DNA from: an uncultured Acidobacteriota bacterium
GTDB taxonomy: Bacteria; Acidobacteriota; Thermoanaerobaculia; Gp7-AA8
Reading direction: 5' to 3'
DNA: 64,000 bases
Assembly: GCA_963821585.1 (NCBI GenBank)
Contig: CAWGEI010000003.1
Location: 3,832,407-3,896,406, forward strand
Numbering within the stretch: position 1 is the first letter of the stretch; every line of letters starts with the position of its first letter. This document shows, in pieces, positions 58,662 to 64,000 of this stretch. Made by a program: the position numbers and the translations under genes. Below the pieces are notes generated by a model. It did not search any database. It was not told where the DNA came from and was given only the letters and a program-made list of their open reading frames with translations.

Positions 58662-60472
58662 GCGGTGCCTTCGACGAGGTTCTCGTCGGCGTACAGCTTG
58701 TCGATGATGTGCTTGTACTTCGTGTCGATGTTCTTGCGCTTCACCTTCAGAGACGGGGTGATCTCGTCGTCCTCGATGGTGAAGTCGCGCGGGAGGAGGG
58801 CGAAGCGGCGGATCTTCTCCTGGCGGTCGAGGTTCTGGTTGAACCGGTCGATCTCGCCCTGGATCAGCGCCTTCACCTTGTCGTCGCTCACCAGCTGCTC
58901 GTTGTTGGTGTATTGCACGCCGAGCGCCGTGGCTTCGCGCTCGAGCTTCTCGAAGTTCGGGACGATGAGGGCGATGAGGAACTTCCGGCGATCGCCGATG
59001 AGCACCGGCGTCCCGACGTACGGCGACGACTTGAGCAGCGCCTCGAGCGGCTGGGGCGCGATGTTCTTGCCGTAGGCGTTGATGAGGATGTCTTTCTTGC
59101 GGTCGGTGATCTTGAGGAAACCGTCCTTGTCGATCTCGCCGATGTCGCCGGTATGGAACCACCCCTGTTCGTCGATCGACTGCGCCGTCGCCTCGGGGTT
59201 GTTCCAGTAGCCTTTCATGATGTGCGGGCCGCGCGAGAGGATCTCGCCGTCGGGCGCGATCTGCACTTCGACGCCGGGGATGATCGGGCCGACCGAGCCG
59301 ATGCGGCGCTTGTCCGGACGGTTCACGGCGATGACGGGCGAGGTCTCGGTGAGACCGTAGCCCTCGAGGATCTCGACTCCGGCACCGATGAAGAAGGCCG
59401 CGAGGTCGGCGGAGAGCGGCGCGCCGCCCGAGACGACGTACTTCACGTTGCCGCCGAGGCGCGCGATGATCTTGCCGAAGACGAGCTTGTCCGCGACGGC
59501 GGACTTGAGCTTCAGACCGAGCGGCATCGGCTTGCGGTCGACGCGGTACGGCAGCCGCTCTTCCGCGACCTTCAGCGCCCAGTGGAAGATCTTCTGGCGC
59601 GCTGGGGGCGCGGCGGCGACGTTGTCCATCACGCGCGCGCGCATCTTCTCGAAGAGGCGCGGCACGGCGGCGAAGTACTGCGGCTTGATCTCCTGCAGGT
59701 TGTCCGCGACTTTGGTGACGTTCTCCGCGTACGCGATCGTCCCGCCTTTGTAGAGGTAGAGGAAGTCGACCATGCGCTCGAGGATGTGAGAGAGCGGAAG
59801 GATGGAGAGGGCGACGTCGCCGGCCTGGATCGGGACGACGTCGCGCACGGTGGCGACGTTGCTGGTGATGTTGCCGTGCGTGAGCATGGCGCCCTTCGGG
59901 TTGCCGGTGGTGCCGGAGGTGTAGACGAGCGTCGCCAAATCGTCAGGCCGCCGCGAGGTGCGGGACTGCTCGAACCAGTTCGGGTTCGCCTTCTCGAGCT
60001 TCAGGCCGGTGTCGACCATCTCGCGGAAGGTACGCACTCCGTCGGGCAGCGGCTGTGGCGCATCGCACACGATGATGGTGTTGAGGGCCGGGACGTGCGA
60101 GCGGATCTCGAGGATCTTGTCGAGCTGCTCCTTGTTCGAGCAAATGACGGCTACGGTGCCTGCGTCGTTGAGGATGTACTCGATCTGCCAGCCGAGGAGC
60201 GTCGGATAGACGGGGACGGTGACCGCGGACGCGCAGAGGATCGCGAAGTCGGCGGTCGTCCACTCGGGCCGGTTTTCCGCGAGGATGGCCACGCGGTCGC
60301 CGGACTTCACGCCCAGGTCGTGCAGGGCGTAGGCGAGACCGTGAACGCCTTCGCGAAACTCAGAAACAGAGACGTCGTGCCACTGGTCGCCGCTCTTGTA
60401 CTTCATGATCGCGGGACGGTCGATGGCGACAGTCGTCGCGTAAATGTCGTTGAGCGTCTTGGGTTCCTGCAT
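58658..60472 (-). CDS. fadD: long-chain-fatty-acid--CoA ligase (AMP-binding)
   Basis: AMP-binding motif YTSGTTGNPKG, TGD and GWFHTGDIG, and a C-terminal lid. Confidence 0.85.
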   Translation of the reverse strand: MQEPKTLNDIYATTVAIDRPAIMKYKSGDQWHDVSVSEFREGVHGLAYALHDLGVKSGDRVAILAENRPEWTTADFAILCASAVTVPVYPTLLGWQIEYILNDAGTVAVICSNKEQLDKILEIRSHVPALNTIIVCDAPQPLPDGVRTFREMVDTGLKLEKANPNWFEQSRTSRRPDDLATLVYTSGTTGNPKGAMLTHGNITSNVATVRDVVPIQAGDVALSILPLSHILERMVDFLYLYKGGTIAYAENVTKVADNLQEIKPQYFAAVPRLFEKMRARVMDNVAAAPPARQKIFHWALKVAEERLPYRVDRKPMPLGLKLKSAVADKLVFGKIIARLGGNVKYVVSGGAPLSADLAAFFIGAGVEILEGYGLTETSPVIAVNRPDKRRIGSVGPIIPGVEVQIAPDGEILSRGPHIMKGYWNNPEATAQSIDEQGWFHTGDIGEIDKDGFLKITDRKKDILINAYGKNIAPQPLEALLKSSPYVGTPVLIGDRRKFLIALIVPNFEKLEREATALGVQYTNNEQLVSDDKVKALIQGEIDRFNQNLDRQEKIRRFALLPRDFTIEDDEITPSLKVKRKNIDTKYKHIIDKLYADENLVEGTA

Positions 60473-60530
60473 ATGTCCCCCTGCCCCGATTCATGTGCTG
60501 ATTGGAAGGCCGGGGGATCATAGCGCAAGG

Positions 60531-60638
60531 AGGGTTGGCGGTTCGTAGTTGACAGTTGGCAGTTGACAGTTGACAGGAGGCCGCCGCCCGCCCGCGAGGG
60601 CGGCCTCTCCTGTCAACTGCCAACTATCAACTGCCAAC
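60531..60638. promoter_or_regulatory. long palindrome built from tandem heptads GTTGACA/GTTGGCA around a GC stem (terminator of the ABC operon and/or operator in the fadD promoter)
   Basis: gttggcg gttcgta gttgaca gttggca gttgaca gttgaca GGAGGCCGCC -13 nt- GGCGGCCTCTCC tgtcaac tgccaac tatcaac tgccaac. It lies between the permease stop (60648) and the fadD start (60472). A TATGAT -10-like box lies downstream on the minus strand. Confidence 0.5.
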
Positions 60639-60647
60639 CGCCCCCGG

Positions 60648-62000
60648 TCAGGCCACGCGCACCCACCGCAGGAGCTCGGGAATGGTCGGCCGTTTCCCGT
60701 AGGACAGGATGCCGATGCGGAAGATTTTGGCCGTGACCCAGAAGAAGGCGGCGATGGTGGCGATGGAAACGGCGACGGACACGAGGATGTGCCACAGCGG
60801 CACGTCCGTGACCATCGCACGGACGAACATGGTGATGGGGCCGAAGACCGGGGACATCGAGAAGCCGACCGCGAACGGCGCGTCGGGGTTCAGGACGATG
60901 GGCATCATCAGGAACCAGGGGATCATCATCAGCAGCATGAGCGGCATGACGAACTGCTGCGCTTCCTTCTCGGAATTGCAGACCGCGCCGGCGATGGCGT
61001 AGACGCAGACGTAGGTCAGGTACGCCAGGACGAAGAAGATGAAGAAGTAGACGAAGACCATGGGGCGGATGAACTGCGTGACGTTGACGTCCGCCATCAT
61101 CAGCGTGGCCGCGCCGAACGCTCCGATCATGCCGACCATCGTCAGCCAGACGAAGATCTGTGTGAGACCAACAGCTGCGATGCCGAGGATCTTGCCGCTC
61201 AGGAGCTGCATCGGGGAGACGGAGGAGATCAGGACTTCGACGACGCGGTCGGTCTTCTCCTGCACGATGCCGCGCATCGTTTCCTGGCCGTAGACCAGCG
61301 ACGGGATCATGAGCAGCGCGGCGAAGATGAAGGCCACGAGGAAGTTCAACTCGCCGCCGGTCTTCTTCTCGCCGGACTTGGAGAGCTGCACGGCTTCGAC
61401 GGGGAGGTCTTCGAGCAGGTCGTTGACGAGCTCGGGGTTGATGCCGTTCGCGCGCAGGCGCATGCGCTGGAGCGATTTGTTCGCCAGCCGGGACATCCGC
61501 TCCTGTGCGATCAGGTCGGTGGAGGAGCGGCTGTAGTAGGTCATCTGCGTGTTTGGGTCATCCAAAGCGGACGCGGGGATGACGAACACGCCTTCGAGCT
61601 TGTCGGATGCGTCTTTGTCGCGGCCGAGGCGGTCGAGGTAGGGGCGCGTAGCGGCGTCGAGGTCTTTGGCGCCCGCCTGATTCACGTACTCGGTGCGCAT
61701 GTCGGTAGGGATTTCCGGGCGCCGCTGGCGGCCGCTCAGCGCCTTCCGCGCTTCGTCGGTGGCCGATTGCTTGGTCGCCTGCTCCTCGGGGGCGTTCGGC
61801 TTGGCGAACGCAGATTCGAGCTGCCCGGTGCCGTCGAGGACAGCGATGCGCTTGGAGCCCATCCCTTTCGCGAGGAGGAATCCCGGCAGGATGGTGATGC
61901 CTGCCATGAGGAACGGCAGGAGGATGGTCATGATGATGAACATCTTCTTGCGCACGGCCTGGAGGTACTCGCGCTTCATCACGGCGAACATCTTGTTCAT
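60648..62000 (-). CDS. ABC-2 family transporter permease (NatB-like, large periplasmic loop)
   Basis: N-terminal TM segment, extracytoplasmic domain of about 200 aa, then five C-terminal TM segments typical of ABC-2 permeases. Confidence 0.8.
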   Translation of the reverse strand: MNKMFAVMKREYLQAVRKKMFIIMTILLPFLMAGITILPGFLLAKGMGSKRIAVLDGTGQLESAFAKPNAPEEQATKQSATDEARKALSGRQRRPEIPTDMRTEYVNQAGAKDLDAATRPYLDRLGRDKDASDKLEGVFVIPASALDDPNTQMTYYSRSSTDLIAQERMSRLANKSLQRMRLRANGINPELVNDLLEDLPVEAVQLSKSGEKKTGGELNFLVAFIFAALLMIPSLVYGQETMRGIVQEKTDRVVEVLISSVSPMQLLSGKILGIAAVGLTQIFVWLTMVGMIGAFGAATLMMADVNVTQFIRPMVFVYFFIFFVLAYLTYVCVYAIAGAVCNSEKEAQQFVMPLMLLMMIPWFLMMPIVLNPDAPFAVGFSMSPVFGPITMFVRAMVTDVPLWHILVSVAVSIATIAAFFWVTAKIFRIGILSYGKRPTIPELLRWVRVA

Positions 62001-62948
62001 GCGTGGGCTCCTTCATGCGCGAGGGTTTCCGCATCCGCGAGGGTCTCGGCGCCGACTTTGGCGATGAAGATCTCTTCGAGCGAGGGCGCGGCGAGCTCGA
62101 AGCGGCGGATGCGCACGCGGGGCAGGCACGCATGGAGGATCTGCTGCGGATCGGCTCCCTCGGCGAGACTGAGCTCGGCGGAGCTCTTCTCGATGGAGGC
62201 CTTCCGCACCTCGGGAAGCTCGCTAAGAAAGCTGCCGTCGCCGTCGAAGTCGAGGTGGAGGGTGTTGCGGCCGGAGGAGCCGCGGACTTCGTCGAGGGTG
62301 CCTTCGAGGACGACCTTGCCGCGGTGGATGAGGATCAGCTCATCGGCCATCTTCTCGGCCTCCCCCATCATGTGGGTGGAGAGGAGGATGGTCTTGCCTT
62401 CCTGGCGCAGGTCGCGAAGGAGGTTGCGGACGAGGACCATGTTCACGGGGTCGAGGCCGGACTGCGGCTCGTCGAGGATGATCAGGTCGGGGTCGTGCAG
62501 GAGCGTCCCGATGAGCTGGACTTTCTGCTGGTTGCCTTTCGAGAGCTCCTCGACTTTGGCTTCGCGCTTGTCGATGAGCTCGAAGCGCTCCAGCCAGCCG
62601 TCGACTTTCTTGCGGATGTTGGACGGACGGCAACCTTTGATCTCCGCGAGGAAGACCAGCAGCTCCCACACCTTCATCTGCTTGTACAGCCCCCGCTCCT
62701 CGGGCAGGTACCCGATGCGATCGCGAAACGCCGTGCCACCGTCGCCGCCCAGCCACTGCACCTCGCCCGAGTCCGGCATGAAGATGCCGGTGATCATCCG
62801 GATCGTGGTGGTCTTGCCCGCACCGTTCCGGCCCGAGGAGACCGGTGATGGTCCCCTGCGGAACGGTGAACGAGATCCCATCCACCGCCCGCACCTCGCC
62901 GAACGTCTTCCTCACATCCCGAACCGCCAGAATGTCCGCCATGGCCAC
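61997..62948 (-). CDS. ABC transporter ATP-binding protein (NatA-like) with a +1 frameshift in Walker A
   Basis: MADILAVRDVRKTFGEVRAVDGISFTVPQGTITGLLGP | NGAGKTTTIRMITG...LSKGNQQKV...LIILDEPQSGLDP. An extra g in ccggaacgg splits the gene between two ORFs in the track. Confidence 0.75.
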
Positions 62949-63015
62949 CTTCTCGCCCCGGCATCAGCGCAGGGCGAGCGTATTGTACGGGCGGGTGGGG
63001 GTGGGGGTTGCGGAG

Positions 63016-63237
63016 TTAGGGGTTCTGCGGCGGCGGCGGGGGCGTCGGCACCGGCGGAATGGGGATATCGTCGTTCGCTGACACGCCGAAAAGCTTCTGA
63101 ATCTTCTTGATGACGTCAACGATCTGTCGGTAACGGCCGATGTGGTCCCGCTCTTGGGGCCGAGCGGATACAGCAGTAGGTAAAGCTAGCGCTACAGCAA
63201 GCACTATCGCTGCTGTGCGGCGAGAGTAAAACTTCAT
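63016..63237 (-). CDS. small secreted Pro-rich protein
   Basis: Signal peptide MKFYSRRTAAIVLAVALALPTAVSA. C-terminal PIPPVPTPPPPPQNP. Confidence 0.4.
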   Translation of the reverse strand: MKFYSRRTAAIVLAVALALPTAVSARPQERDHIGRYRQIVDVIKKIQKLFGVSANDDIPIPPVPTPPPPPQNP

Positions 63238-63305
63238 AAGACGCCCTCCTCAGGCTTTTTGATCAGGGGAGGGCGCGCCCTTGCCTAAGGGAGTGACGGA
63301 GAGGA

Positions 63306-64000
63306 TCAAATCCCTACCTCGAAGTTGGGCAAGTAAAGTTCAGGTGGCGGTGGGGCGAAGAGAAGCTCGGCATCGTCAGGAAGGCGGCGAATGTACTCGC
63401 GGACATGCTTCACGAGCACCGGAGTGGCCGTTCTGAGTTGGGCTGCCTCGTGAATGTATGAGAGAGCGGTAAGCGCCCGCGCCGTAGAAGCGACACCAGC
63501 CGCCTGGAACGACGACATTGCCTCGCGGCAAATCTCTTCGACCATGCCAAAACGTCCATCGACGAGGCAGAGCTCTGCGATATCCAGTCTGACTAAGGCG
63601 GCTTCGCTCGTCATACCAAGCCGATCGAAGTCATCTTTCAGTCTCTGAAGCCGAATGTGTGCTTCGTCGATCCGGCCGGAGCTTGCAAGGATCGCGGCGA
63701 CACTCCAGCGCAGTCGGGTGGACTCGGTGTGGATTCCGATCGTTTCAAACAGAACTGCCGCAGCTTCGTTGTGGTGTAGGGCGTCGTCCAGTCTGCCCAA
63801 GCTTGCCGTAGCAGTACCCGAGATTACCCAGGACTCGTGCATGCGTGTTTACATCATCGGTGCGACTGAGCCGCAGTTCGAGGTCCTCGAGGCAATCTCG
63901 CGCCGCCTCAAATTCTCCGCGCGTGAAAAGCAAATGCGTCTCGGCAAGACGAGCTGACGCAAGTCGGGTCGAATCTTCGAAACGGGTGAACGTCTCGGCG
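63306..64000 (-). CDS. TPR-repeat protein, C-terminal part; the gene runs past the window end and has a probable frameshift near 63840
   Basis: TPR-like helices in two frames (ARVLGNLGYCYGKLGQ upstream, SWVISGTATASLGRLDDALHHNEAAAVLFE downstream). Confidence 0.45.

Noticed and set aside
55755-60523. 1106-aa and 625-aa plus-strand ORFs
   Set aside because: Antisense to the fadJ-like and fadD genes, which have clear catalytic motifs. Low-complexity Arg/Gly/Asp-rich translations.
60570-63110. 846-aa plus-strand ORF
   Set aside because: Antisense to the ABC-2 permease and ATPase genes. Low-complexity composition and no recognisable domains.

Overview
This is a high-GC, gene-dense bacterial chromosome segment with about 70 genes on both strands. 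Gene content looks like a soil Acidobacteria- or Gemmatimonadetes-type genome; that is an inference, not a verified assignment. It encodes two-component systems, ABC-2 exporters, Hanks-type Ser/Thr kinases, a Bacillus-type sdhCAB operon, a large NAD-specific glutamate dehydrogenase, fadD/fadJ and a MamK-like actin.

**Core content**
- Five sensory genes: an OmpR-type regulator, a 7TMR-DISM hybrid histidine kinase, a DesK-like kinase with a NarL regulator, and a TPR-GGDEF protein.
- Three ABC-2 exporters.
- Two Ser/Thr kinases, one of which has WD40 repeats and sits next to an ECF sigma factor.
- sdhCAB, where sdhA and sdhB carry many frameshifts.
- A large NAD-specific glutamate dehydrogenase of about 1608 aa, fadD and a fadB/J-type fusion, S-adenosylhomocysteinase, an M16 peptidase pair, an SPFH pair, an amiC-like amidase and a MamK-like actin.

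**What stands out**
- At least five families of palindromic repeat elements are present. A roughly 63-bp stem-loop (family B) is present in four copies, and one copy appears inserted in-frame inside a GT39-like membrane glycosyltransferase, in the manner of Rickettsia palindromic elements. A 33-bp palindrome (family E) occurs in the signal-peptide codons of the hybrid kinase and again as an intergenic terminator.
- About 110-bp MITE-like elements (family A) fill three intergenic gaps exactly.
- The ECF-sigma and WD40 kinase module is flanked by a decayed partial duplicate of sdhB/sdhA, joined to a vapC-like remnant, on one side and by the frameshifted sdhCAB operon on the other.
- A visibly AT-richer accessory island (about 41.7 to 49.3 kb) is bounded by two family-B elements. 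It carries two bacterial TIR-domain proteins (one fused to TPR), a DUF433/DUF5615 pair, a PIN toxin, gene remnants and an orphan solute-binding protein. This is the best candidate for an undescribed defence-like system.

Localised 1-bp indels in sdhAB, ahcY, an ABC ATPase and a TPR gene could be real pseudogenisation or local assembly error. No rRNA, tRNA, CRISPR array, integrase or transposase was found by eye.
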